From: Pirellulales bacterium | GTDB taxonomy: Bacteria > Planctomycetota > Planctomycetia > Pirellulales > PALSA-1355 | Assembly (NCBI GenBank): GCA_963733035.1 | Contig: CAVTBU010000005.1 | Location: 2,560,001 to 2,624,000, forward strand | Length of the DNA: 64,000 nt | Direction of reading: 5' to 3' | Shown: positions 20,983-30,999 of the stretch, piece by piece | Layout: every line of letters starts with the position of its first letter | Numbering within the stretch: the stretch's first letter is position 1 | Position numbers and translations under genes: made by a program | The notes under the pieces: generated by a model | Told to the model about the DNA's origin: nothing | Database searches by the model: none | The model's input: the letters and a program-made list of their open reading frames with translations, nothing else

Positions 20983-22668
20983 CTACTGCGGGATCATCCA
21001 AGTCAACCAGTAGGCCTGCGCCAGCGTAAGTAAGCCAACCAGACACGCCAACGCAATACTGTGCAGGAAGACGAACCGCAGGATCTTCCCTTCGCCACCC
21101 GACTGCCCCGTGGCCACGGCCGCCACGACGATGCTTTGCGCGTCGATCATCTTGCCCATCACGCCACCCGTGCTGTTCGAGGCGACGATTAATACGGGGT
21201 TCAAGCCGAGCTGTTCGGCCGTAATCCGCTGAAGGCTGCCGAACAGGGCATTGGACGACGTATCCGAACCGGTCAGCGCCACGCCGAGCCAACCGAGCAT
21301 GGGCGCGAAAAAAGGATAAAACCAGCCGGTGCGGGTGAACGCCAGCCCCAGTGTGGCATCGCCGCCGCTGTATTTAGTAACGAATGCCAACGCGAGCATG
21401 CAGGCGATCGTCAATAGAGCCCAGCGCATCTTGGAAAGCGTCAACAGGAACTGCAGAGCGAAGGCGGCCGGGGTGATGCGCAGCCAAAACGCCGAAAGAA
21501 TTGCGGCCATGAAGATGCCTGTGCCAGTCGTGGAGAGCCAGTTGAAATCGTAAACCGCCTTCTCCCCTTGTGCAGCGCGGTCGCTGCCGCTGGGCACATC
21601 CACCACCGGAGCTGCGCGGTACACGCGACCGTCCAACCGCGGCATTTCCCATGAGTAGCGTGTGACGCCGGCCAATGCATTCGGGTTGTCGGGAGGGCCG
21701 CCATTGAGCAGTTCGCGGAATTGCGGCCCTCCCCACAAAAACACCAGCACCGACAACAGCACCCAGGGAACCCAGGCATAGACGATTTGCCGTCGCGTGA
21801 GGTGCCGATGTTCATCGCTCGGGGGCTCCCCCGCTTCGTCGGGAAAGCGCCAGACTTCTTTCGGTTGCCAGAACCTCAGAAAGATTGTCAGGCACACGAG
21901 CGAACCGAGTCCGCCGACAACGTCGACCAGCGTCGGCCCGTGAAAATTCGCGGCCAGGTACTGAATGCCCGCAAAACTGCCGCCACATACCAGGATCGCC
22001 GGCCAACAGCCGACGACGCCGCGCCAGCCGGCCATCGTCGCTACCAGCCATGCCGGCACGATGACCGAGAAGAACGGCAACTGTCGTCCCGCCATCTGGC
22101 TGAGTACCATTTCGTCGAGGCCGGAAATCTTCGCCAGCGTGGTGATGGGGGTGCCCAGCGCGCCGAACGCCACGGGCGAAGTGTTCGCCAGCAGCGCAAG
22201 CCCGGCGGCATACAACGGTGAAAAACCCAAGCCAATCAGCAGCGCCGCCGAAATAGCCACCGGCGTACCAAAACCGGCGGCCCCCTCGATAAACGTGCCG
22301 AAGGAAAATGCAATCAACAGGGCCTGCATCCGCCGGTCTGGCGAGATCGCGGCCACCGAGTGCTTAACCACCTCGAACTGTCCGGCGCGGACGGTGAGGT
22401 GAAACAAGAACACCGCCGAGAGCACAATCCAACCGATCGGCAACAGTCCAAAACAGGCACCGTACGCGGCCGAGGCCAACGCCGCGTTGCCTGGCATGCC
22501 GAAGCCTAGAATGGCGACGCCCATGGCCACGAGCAGTCCGATCAGCGCCGCGCGGGGTGCAGGCTGGCCCGCGACCAGCAGGCCCAACAGCACCACGATT
22601 GGTGCCGCGGCCATCAACGTGGAGAGCCACGGCGAACCCAATGGATCGTAAACCTGTACCCAGTCCAT
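20983..22668 (-). CDS. lctP: L-lactate permease
   Basis: WVQVYDPLG, DRRMQALLIAFSFGTFIEGAAGFGTPVAI, LTGSDTSSNALFG, GKMIDAQSI. Confidence 0.93.
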   Translation of the reverse strand: MDWVQVYDPLGSPWLSTLMAAAPIVVLLGLLVAGQPAPRAALIGLLVAMGVAILGFGMPGNAALASAAYGACFGLLPIGWIVLSAVFLFHLTVRAGQFEVVKHSVAAISPDRRMQALLIAFSFGTFIEGAAGFGTPVAISAALLIGLGFSPLYAAGLALLANTSPVAFGALGTPITTLAKISGLDEMVLSQMAGRQLPFFSVIVPAWLVATMAGWRGVVGCWPAILVCGGSFAGIQYLAANFHGPTLVDVVGGLGSLVCLTIFLRFWQPKEVWRFPDEAGEPPSDEHRHLTRRQIVYAWVPWVLLSVLVFLWGGPQFRELLNGGPPDNPNALAGVTRYSWEMPRLDGRVYRAAPVVDVPSGSDRAAQGEKAVYDFNWLSTTGTGIFMAAILSAFWLRITPAAFALQFLLTLSKMRWALLTIACMLALAFVTKYSGGDATLGLAFTRTGWFYPFFAPMLGWLGVALTGSDTSSNALFGSLQRITAEQLGLNPVLIVASNSTGGVMGKMIDAQSIVVAAVATGQSGGEGKILRFVFLHSIALACLVGLLTLAQAYWLTWMIPQ

Positions 22669-22801
22669 ATCCAAATCCGCCTCACGATTGAATGTTCTGG
22701 CCGCCGTGGATTTGTGCTATTCGGTGCGGCGGCAGGCTGTTAGTCTACTGGTTACAGCGAACCGCGAATATCACCTTGCAGGCCGAAAGGAGGCTCTTCC
22801 G

Positions 22802-23341
22802 ATGGCCAAGAGTCGCAAAGCCGAAGTCGAAGCCGTGCTCCCGCAAATCGACTTTTCCAAGCATGACTATCAAGTCGAGCTCGACACCAGCGAAGGCAAG
22901 ATCACGCTCGATCTGTTTCCGGATGTCGCACCGGGCCACGTCCAGAACCTGGTCGCCCTGGCAAAGATCGGCTACTACGACGGCCTCTCCTTTCACCGCG
23001 TGATCAGCGGCTTCATGATTCAGGGAGGTTGTCCCGAGGGAACCGGCACGGGCGGACCCGGCTATACAATCAAAGCCGAGTTCAATCCCACGAAGCACGA
23101 ACCGGGCGTGGTCTCGATGGCCCGCACGGCCGATCCGAATTCAGCCGGATCACAGTTCTTCATCTGCCTCGAACGCGTGCCGCATCTCGACAACCAGTAC
23201 ACGGCCTTCGGCAAGACGGCTGATGCGGAAGGCCTGGCCGTGGTGAAGAAAATCGGCGCGGTGAAAACCGGCGCTCAGGACCGGCCGGTCACTCCCGTGA
23301 CCATCAACAAGGCCACGGTCGTCGAAAAGCCCAAGGGCTAG
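22802..23341 (+). CDS. Cyclophilin-type peptidyl-prolyl isomerase
   Basis: YYDGLSFHRVISGFMIQGGCP, SMART..PNSAGSQFFI, HLDNQYTAFG; AGGAGG RBS. Confidence 0.93.
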   Translation: MAKSRKAEVEAVLPQIDFSKHDYQVELDTSEGKITLDLFPDVAPGHVQNLVALAKIGYYDGLSFHRVISGFMIQGGCPEGTGTGGPGYTIKAEFNPTKHEPGVVSMARTADPNSAGSQFFICLERVPHLDNQYTAFGKTADAEGLAVVKKIGAVKTGAQDRPVTPVTINKATVVEKPKG

Positions 23342-23368
23342 CAATCCGCCGCCGGCATGGCGCGGACG

Positions 23369-23434
23369 TCAGATGCACAAGATCAACACGCCCAGACCGA
23401 TGAACAGCGCCCGAGTCAGTGTTTCACGGTCCAT
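23369..23434 (-). CDS. Candidate 21-aa hydrophobic small protein MDRETLTRALFIGLGVLILCI
   Basis: ATG-to-TGA ORF in an otherwise empty 520-bp intergenic region; AAGAGA 5 nt upstream; one TM-like stretch. Confidence 0.35.
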   Translation of the reverse strand: MDRETLTRALFIGLGVLILCI

Positions 23435-23861
23435 GATGGTTCTCTTAGCGATCTGAATATGCGAAGCAGTTGCTTCGGCGACAGCAAGATCGGCTGATGC
23501 GCCGCGGAACTTGAATCGGATCCGTGAGAATTTCTGCTAGCAGCGCCGATGTGAAATTTTCGGCGCCGGCGGCATGTATCCGTTGCGGACGTCCGCGCTA
23601 GATTGCGGTTTGCGACACACGAGCTACATTTGCGCGGCGACGTGCGCCGCGTGCGTCCAACCGTAGGCTCACAAAAAAGACAGCTAAAAGAGTCTCAAAG
23701 CCCGTGCTGCCGCGGAGTTCTGGGAACGAGCCCGCTCGTTGACGATCCGCCCCCAGCCCCCTAAACTCAGCGGATTGTTCGCCGCCTGGCCGCGCCGGCC
23801 CGCAGTGGCGCCAGTTCCCGACTCCCCCTATCCAGCCGCCACCTAAGCCACGAGCACCCGC

Positions 23862-25942
23862 ATGGCTCAACAAACCCAGAAACAGCCCGCGAAACCGGCC
23901 GGTTCGATTGATCAACTCGCGATCAACACCATTCGCACCCTCTCGATGGACGCCGTGCAGAAGGCCAACAGCGGCCATCCTGGCACGCCGATGGCCCTGG
24001 CGCCCATGGCTTATACGCTATGGAACGAAGTGCTGAGGTACGACCCAGAACATCCGCTGTGGCCCGGCCGCGACCGCTTTGTGCTCTCGTGCGGGCATGC
24101 GTCCATGCTGCTCTACAGCGTGTTGCATCTGGCTGGGGTCAAGCAGTATCGAGACGGCAAGCCGACGGGCGAGCTGGCCGTGCCGCTCGACCAGATCGAG
24201 CAGTTTCGCCAATTGCACAGTCGCTGCCCCGGACATCCCGAGCACGATGAGACCTCGGGCGTCGAAACCACGACCGGCCCCCTGGGTCAGGGCGTCAGCA
24301 ACAGCGTCGGCATGGCCATTGCTCAGCGCTGGCTAGCCTCGCACTTCAACAAGCCGGGTTTCGAGTTGTTCGATTACAACATCTACGCCGTGTGCAGCGA
24401 CGGCGATCTGATGGAAGGCATCTCGAACGAAGCGGCGTCTCTGGCCGGACACCTCAAACTGTCGAATCTCTGCTGGATCTACGACGACAACACGATCACG
24501 ATCGAAGGGCATACCGAGCTGGCCTACAGCGACGACGTGCCGACGCGTTTCAAAGGCCTCGGCTGGCACGTCATCGAAATTGCCGACGTCAACAATCTGG
24601 ACTGCGCCTGCGCAAGGCTTACAAGTCGTTTGCCAAAACCGGCGACAAGCCGACGCTGATCATCGTTCACTCGATCATCGGCTATGGCGCGCCCGACAAG
24701 CAGAACACCTCGCATGCCCATGGATCGCCGCTGGGCGAAGATGAGATTCGCAAGGCCAAGGAGTTTTATGGCTGGCCGCCCGATGCTCATTTCCTGGTGC
24801 CCGACGAGGTACCCCAGCACTTTGCCGCGGGGATCGGAGCGCGCGGCAAGAAGCTATATGCCGACTGGCATGCCCAGTTCGAAGCATACGCTCAGAAGTA
24901 CCCCGAGCTTGCCGCCGAGTGGCAGACGATGGCCGCGCGCGAGTTGCCGAAGGGATGGGACAAGGACATTCCCACTTTTCCGGCCGATGCCAAGGGCCTG
25001 GCCAGCCGCAAGTCCTCGGGCGAAGTTATCAACGACGTGGCGAAGAACGTCCCCTGGTTGATCGGCGGATCGGCCGATCTGGCCCCGTCAACACTGACCA
25101 CGCTCAACGGCAACGATTCGTTCGAGGCCGGTTCCTACGGAGGCCGAAACTTCCATTTCGGCATACGCGAACATGGCATGGCCGCGGCGCTCAACGGCAT
25201 GGCCTTGTCAGATGTGCGCGCCTTCGGTTCGACGTTTTTCGTGTTCAGCGATTACCTGCGACCGTCGATGCGTCTTAGCGCGCTCATGCAATTGCCGGTG
25301 GTCTATATCTTCACGCACGATTCGATCGGCGTCGGTGAAGACGGCCCGACGCACGAACCGGTCGAACACTTGGCGGCGGCTCGGGCAATTCCGAACCTGT
25401 ACGTCATGCGTCCCGGCGATGCGAACGAAGTGGCGGCGGCCTGGCGGGCGATTATGCCGATCAAGAACCACCCGGTAGCGCTAGTGCTTACACGGCAGAA
25501 TCTGCCCACGCTCGATCGCACGAAATACGCGTCGGCCGACGGCGTGCTCCGCGGCGGCTATGTGCTGGCGGATTCCAAGCCGGGAAAACAACCAGACGTG
25601 ATTCTGATGGGCACCGGCAGCGAAGTCGGCGTCTGCGTCACCGCCTACGAACAGCTCGCCGCCAGCGGCGTAAGCGTGCGGCTGGTGAGCCTGCCGTGCT
25701 GGGAGCTATTTGATGCCCAGGATCAGTCCCATCGCGACAGCGTGCTGCCGCCGGCGGTTACCGCGCGCGTGGCCTGCGAGGCCGGCGTCGTGCAGGGCTG
25801 GGAAAAATACCTCGGCTTCCGCGGGCGATTCGTCGGCATGTCGACTTACGGCGCCTCGGCCCCCGGTGACCTGCTTTTCAAGCATTTTGGCATTACCGCC
25901 GAGAACGTCGTCAAGCAGGCCCAAGAACTACTTAAGAAGTAA
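23862..25942 (+). CDS. tkt: Transketolase, apparent frameshift near 24602
   Basis: [32 protein letters not shown] in ORF 23862..24659; [29 protein letters not shown] in ORF 24392..25942. Confidence 0.93.
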
Positions 25943-26054
25943 GCGTTCGCGGTGGCGCTCGGCAATCTCGACGCCCCGAGCGACATGCGAACCTTTGTAT
26001 TGCCATATCCCTCACCCTAAGCGTCGTTCGGTTGCGTACCAGGAGTCTCGTCCC

Positions 26055-27251
26055 ATGGCATTGCGTATTTCCCGAATTCTCGAGGCTCTCGAACCGTCGG
26101 CCACCATGGCCATGGCCGCCAAGGCCAAGGAGCTGAAAGCGGCCGGGAAAACGGTGTACGACTTCAGCCTGGGCGAGCCGGATTTCACTACGCCGGAGCA
26201 CATCTGCCAGGCTGCCATTGAGGCCATGAAGGCCGGACACACGCATTACACGCCAGCGCCGGGCATCCCCGAATTGCGCGCGGCGATTGCCAAACAATTT
26301 AAGGAAACGCACGGCCTGGAATACGCCGCCGGTCAGGTTGTCGTTTCCAACGGGGCCAAGCACTCGCTGCACAACGTCTTTACGGCACTGTTAAACCCGG
26401 GCGACGAGGTGATCATTCCCGCGCCGTATTGGGTCAGCTATGCCGAACTGGTCAAGCTAACGGGCGCGATGCCGGTGATCGTCGAGACCGAACAGGCAAA
26501 TGACTTCAAGTTGACGCCCCAGCAGTTGCGCGACGCGATCACTGCCAAAACGACCATGTTGTTGGTTTGTTCGCCGAGCAATCCGACCGGTAGCATGTAC
26601 GCGCCAGCCGATCTGGCCGCCTTGGCCGACGTCGTGCTGGAACGCAATCTGACGGTCGTCTCCGATGAAATCTACGAGCGGCTCGTTTACGGCAACAATA
26701 AATTCGTCACCTTCGCCGGCGTGCGCCCGGGGATGCAGGAGCGGACCATCGTGGTCAACGGAGCAAGCAAGGCCTATGCGATGACGGGCTGGCGCATCGG
26801 CTGGACGCTCTCGCCGGCCAATGTGGCCAAGGCCATGTCCGACTTGCAAAGCCAGGAAACGAGCAACCCCTCGAGCATCAGCCAGTACGCCGCCCTGGCG
26901 GCCGTCACCGGCCCGCAAGATTGTGTCGAGCAAATGTTGGCCGAATTCACCAAGCGACGGGCATTCGTCCGCGAGCGCATCGAAAGCATTCCGGGGCTCA
27001 GTTGTCCGGACATGGGTGGAGCATTCTACGCCTTCATCAACATCAAGCAGCACCTGGGTCGCCATTACGGCGGTGCCCGCGTGGACAACTCAACGCAATG
27101 GTGCCTCGCGCTGCTCGAACAGCAAAACGTGGCCACCGTGATGGGCTCGGCCTTTGGCGCCGAGGGCTATGCCCGCATCTCCTTCGCCACGAGCATGGAT
27201 GTACTCAAAGCCGGCTTCGATCGCATCGAAGCTTTCTTGGCGGGAAATTAG
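26055..27251 (+). CDS. Class I PLP-dependent (aspartate-type) aminotransferase
   Basis: GEPDFTTP, GAKHSL, PYWVSY, SPSNPTG, SDEIYE, SKAYAMTGWRIG; AGGAG RBS. Confidence 0.92.
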   Translation: MALRISRILEALEPSATMAMAAKAKELKAAGKTVYDFSLGEPDFTTPEHICQAAIEAMKAGHTHYTPAPGIPELRAAIAKQFKETHGLEYAAGQVVVSNGAKHSLHNVFTALLNPGDEVIIPAPYWVSYAELVKLTGAMPVIVETEQANDFKLTPQQLRDAITAKTTMLLVCSPSNPTGSMYAPADLAALADVVLERNLTVVSDEIYERLVYGNNKFVTFAGVRPGMQERTIVVNGASKAYAMTGWRIGWTLSPANVAKAMSDLQSQETSNPSSISQYAALAAVTGPQDCVEQMLAEFTKRRAFVRERIESIPGLSCPDMGGAFYAFINIKQHLGRHYGGARVDNSTQWCLALLEQQNVATVMGSAFGAEGYARISFATSMDVLKAGFDRIEAFLAGN

Positions 27252-27418
27252 AGCCCTCGGGCCGACGCAGGCTGTCGTTTTTCCAGCTTGTGCGCTGCGC
27301 GACGGATTCCTACATTGTTGGGGGTTATCGAGTGCCCCTGATATGCAGTCCCCTGTCGATCGTGCGGCGTCCCACGTGTTGGAGGCGGTTCACTACCCGT
27401 GACTGAGAGGATCTCAAC

Positions 27419-27793
27419 ATGCATTGTGCAAAGTGCGGCAGTCCGAACCCTGACAATGCCACCGCCTGCGGGTCATGCGGTGCATCGTTGGCAAATCCTT
27501 ATGGAACAGCGCAGGCCCGAGGGCCGATCAATAACTACCTGATACCTGCGATCTTTTCCACTGTGTGCTGCTGTTTGCCGTTGGGAATCGTCTCGATCGT
27601 GTATGCCGCGCAGGTGAATGGGAAGTTGTCCGGCGGCGACGTCGCAGGTGCTCAGGAATCGGCGAACAAAGCCAAGATGTGGTTTTGGATTGCGTTCGGC
27701 CTGGGACTGCTGGTGAACGCCCTCGTCTTGATTGTGCAGATTCTGGGAGCCGTTATCGCGGTTCAAGAGAATCAGCCGGGTGGCGGGTTCTAG
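27419..27793 (+). CDS. Zinc-ribbon + CD225/dispanin family membrane protein (copy 1)
   Basis: CxxC-x10-CxxC N-terminus; NNYLIPAIFSTVCCCLPLGIVSIVYAAQVNGKLSGGDVAGAQESANKAKMW. Confidence 0.85.
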   Translation: MHCAKCGSPNPDNATACGSCGASLANPYGTAQARGPINNYLIPAIFSTVCCCLPLGIVSIVYAAQVNGKLSGGDVAGAQESANKAKMWFWIAFGLGLLVNALVLIVQILGAVIAVQENQPGGGF

Positions 27794-27817
27794 CAACGGC
27801 ATCGGAAACCAGCACGC

Positions 27818-28192
27818 ATGTATTGCCAGAATTGTGGTACGCAATTGCCTGATGGCACGGCCGTGTGTCACCAATGTGGCAACCCACCGCTGCGCATGCC
27901 GGTCGCGATGTCAACTTCTATTGAGAGCGATCCGGGCATGCGGATGCTGCTTCCCGTGGGACGCAGCGTGTGGGCGGTGCTTGCCGGATATGCCGGGCTG
28001 TTTGCCGTGCTGGGCGTCTGTGCGCCATTCGCTTTGATTTTGGGAATCATCGCGTTGGTGGACCTGAAGCGACATCCGGAGAAATATGGCCGGGGTCGGG
28101 CGATATTCGCGATCGTGATGGGCACGATTTTCAGCCTGATTGTCGTCTTCATTGTGATTGCGATCGCGTATGAGGAAGCGTCGCGCCACTAG
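27818..28192 (+). CDS. Zinc-ribbon + DUF4190-like membrane protein
   Basis: CxxC-x10-CxxC; LLPVGRSVWAVLAGYAGLFAV..APFALILGIIALVDLKRHPEKYGRGRAIFAIVMG. Confidence 0.75.
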   Translation: MYCQNCGTQLPDGTAVCHQCGNPPLRMPVAMSTSIESDPGMRMLLPVGRSVWAVLAGYAGLFAVLGVCAPFALILGIIALVDLKRHPEKYGRGRAIFAIVMGTIFSLIVVFIVIAIAYEEASRH

Positions 28193-28201
28193 GAACTCAG
28201 C

Positions 28202-28600
28202 ATGTACTGTCACGTTTGCGGCAAGCACAATCCTGACAATGCCTCGAGTTGTCATGCCTGCGGCGCTACATTCGCCAATCCATATCAAGCTCCTGCAGCT
28301 CCCCAACAAGCTGCCGGCACGTATTCAGGGGGCACGCCAACGCACCTCAACAATTACTTGGCGCCCGCAATTTTCGCCACGCTTTGTTGCTGCCTGCCGT
28401 TTGGCATCGTGTCGATCGTCTATGCGGCACAAGTCAACGCCAAGCTTGCCGGCGGCGACATATACGGCGCAATGCAGTCGGCGCAGAGTGCGAAGATGTG
28501 GTTTTGGATCGCCTTTGGCTTCGGCGTCGTTCCCCAGGTTCTGTACTTGGGGCTCATCCTATTTGGCGCGATCACCGGCCTCCTCGAGGGCCCAAGATGA
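28202..28600 (+). CDS. Zinc-ribbon + CD225/dispanin family membrane protein (copy 2)
   Basis: CxxC-x10-CxxC; NNYLAPAIFATLCCCLPFGIVSIVYAAQVNAKLAGGDIYGAMQSAQSAKMW. Confidence 0.85.
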   Translation: MYCHVCGKHNPDNASSCHACGATFANPYQAPAAPQQAAGTYSGGTPTHLNNYLAPAIFATLCCCLPFGIVSIVYAAQVNAKLAGGDIYGAMQSAQSAKMWFWIAFGFGVVPQVLYLGLILFGAITGLLEGPR

Positions 28601-29014
28601 GCAATCTTGTGCAATCGCGAACGGCACTCCGCTCACTTCGCGCGGTTGCAATTCTCGTCGGAATGCTCGGATTGATCCTGGTTCTATATCAGGTTAATCC
28701 ATCATCGGTGAGCTGGCTGCCGAAGTGCCCCGTCTACCAATTGACCGGCTGGCACTGCCCCGGATGTGGAGCCACACGCGCCGCTCATGCCATGCTGCAT
28801 GGCGACCTGCCTCGCGCTGGCCAAGAACCCGCTACTTGTTGGCGCCGGGCCGCTGATCGTGGCGTACGGTGTCTGGAAGCGACAGCGCGAAGGTCGCGGC
28901 TGGACGACCACTGTTTCGGCTCGCGCAATTCTCATTCTGCTCGCCGTGCTGATTGTGTTTGCGATCCTGCGCAACCTACCGGGCTATCCGTTTGAGCTGC
29001 TTGCACCGCATTGA
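28597..29014 (+). CDS. DUF2752-like membrane protein, apparent frameshift near 28810
   Basis: ATGA overlap with the previous stop; LPKCPVYQLTGWHCPGCGATRAAHAMLHGDL continues in another frame as ALAKNPLL...FAILRNLP. Confidence 0.8.
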
Positions 29015-29320
29015 GCAGCGCAATTTCGCGTTGTTGTCATGGTCAACCGATAAATCCTACTCAAGCCAACGCGGACACCCGATGGTAGTGGTAGGGTAAC
29101 TGAGGTATTTTGCGCACGATTCTACCGTTTGCGAGCGCAAAGTCGTTTGGGTTTTTGTTTTGGGCCGCTTTTGGTAGCTTGGCCCCAGCCAACCACCCCC
29201 ACCGCCATGCTCGCAACGTAGAATGGATGAAGGCGGCGCGCTTCGTGCGGGCTGTAGCGACTGCGACAGTACCCCACATTCAATACGCGTCCATTTAGGC
29301 AGTGCCGTGGAGCTTGCACC

Positions 29321-30817
29321 TTGAGAATCTTGTTGGCCACCAGCGAAGCGGTGCCCTTCGCCAAGACCGGCGGCCTGGCCGACGTTTGCGGCGCGCTGCC
29401 GGTCGAACTGGCGAAACTGGGACACGAGCCGGTCGTCCTCCTGCCAGCCTATCGACAGGCCCTGGCAGCCGGCCTGCTCGTGGAGCGGACCGGCGTCAGC
29501 TTCGATGTGCCGATCGGCAGCAAGACCGTCAGCGGCGAGTTTCTCAAAAGCCACTTGCCCGACAGCGACGTGCCGGTTTACCTGGTCGAGCACGACCACT
29601 ACTACAACCGCGCGGGATTGTATCAAGACGCCGGCGAAGACTACCGCGACAACTGTGAACGATTCGTGTTCTATTGCCGCGCGGTGTGCGAAGCGATCCG
29701 GCTCTTGGATCTGAACGTCGAAGTCGTGCATGCCAACGATTGGCAAACTGCACTGATTCCGGCGTACCTCAAACTCGAATATCACGGCATCCCGGGCTAC
29801 GAGCAGCTGGGCACGCTGTTCACCATCCACAACATGGCCTATCAGGGCGTGTTCTGGCACTGGGATATGCTGCTCACCGGGCTGGATTGGAAATACTTCA
29901 ACTGGCAACAGATGGAATTCTTCGGCAACCTCAACTTGCTGAAGACCGGGTTGATCTTTTCCGATCGGCTCAATACCGTCAGCCAGCGGTACTCCGAAGA
30001 AATTCAATCCGCGCCGCTTGGTTGCGGATTGGAGGGAGTGCTACAAAACCGCCGCGAAGTCCTTTCGGGCATCGTCAACGGCGTCGACGACCGCCAGTGG
30101 GATCCGGCGAAAGATGGCCGACTGGCCGAGACGTACACGGTCGAAACGGTTACCGCGGGTAAGGCGGCCGGCAAGAGCGCCTTGCAACTCGAGCTCGGTC
30201 TACCGCAAAAGCCGGACGTGCCGCTGGTGGCGTTCATCGGTCGCCTGGTGACGCAAAAGGGCATCGACCTGTTGACGGCCACCATTCGCGATTGGGTGCA
30301 GACACGCGACGTACAATGGGCCATTCTGGGGACCGGCGAAGCCGACTACGAGCAGCAACTTGCACAACTGACCGAGCGATTCCCGCATCGGGTGGCCACG
30401 AAGCTCGAATTCTCAAACGATCTTGCTCACCGCATGGAAGCCGGTGCCGACATGTTGGTGATGCCCAGCCGTTATGAGCCGTGCGGGCTGAACCAACTCT
30501 ACAGTCTCAAATACGGCACGGTGCCGATCGTGCGAGCCACCGGTGGCCTGGTCGACACGATCACCGACGCGAACGAGGCCACGCTGGCCGCTGGCAAGGC
30601 AACCGGCTTCATGTTCGGCGACTACAGCACGCTGGCCCTGAGCGAGGCTCTTGACCGGGCCTGCGCCACCTACGCCCGCCCGGAAATCTGGCGGCAACTC
30701 GTCACAACCGGCATGCGGCAAGATTGGTCGTGGGCCAACAGCGCTCGGCAATATGTCGAGCTATACCGCGCCACGATCAACGGGGTCCGTCGCGGCCTGG
30801 TGACGGGAAATGCCTAG
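29321..30817 (+). CDS. glgA: Glycogen synthase (GT5)
   Basis: SEAVPFAKTGGLADV, HANDWQT, FTIHNMAYQG, GIVNGVD, MPSRYEPCGLNQLYSLKYGT. Confidence 0.95.
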   Translation: MRILLATSEAVPFAKTGGLADVCGALPVELAKLGHEPVVLLPAYRQALAAGLLVERTGVSFDVPIGSKTVSGEFLKSHLPDSDVPVYLVEHDHYYNRAGLYQDAGEDYRDNCERFVFYCRAVCEAIRLLDLNVEVVHANDWQTALIPAYLKLEYHGIPGYEQLGTLFTIHNMAYQGVFWHWDMLLTGLDWKYFNWQQMEFFGNLNLLKTGLIFSDRLNTVSQRYSEEIQSAPLGCGLEGVLQNRREVLSGIVNGVDDRQWDPAKDGRLAETYTVETVTAGKAAGKSALQLELGLPQKPDVPLVAFIGRLVTQKGIDLLTATIRDWVQTRDVQWAILGTGEADYEQQLAQLTERFPHRVATKLEFSNDLAHRMEAGADMLVMPSRYEPCGLNQLYSLKYGTVPIVRATGGLVDTITDANEATLAAGKATGFMFGDYSTLALSEALDRACATYARPEIWRQLVTTGMRQDWSWANSARQYVELYRATINGVRRGLVTGNA

Positions 30818-30999
30818 CGAGGGGCCTGGAAAGAGTGCCGGCAAGAGCGTAGGCTAAGGGCGCTGTAAAAAGTCAGGCGGTTGGGCATTCGATCGGCGGC
30901 ACCTTAACGATGGTCCGCGGTAACGCTGCCCGCGAGTAATTGGGCCCATTGTGGTACCCGAGCTTTGAAAGGCTCCTAGCGCCGCCCTGAACACGCGTC

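Noticed and set aside
24590..24660. Programmed frameshift or natural split of transketolase
   Set aside because: No slippery heptamer, no start signal for a second subunit, and many similar breaks elsewhere point to sequence error.
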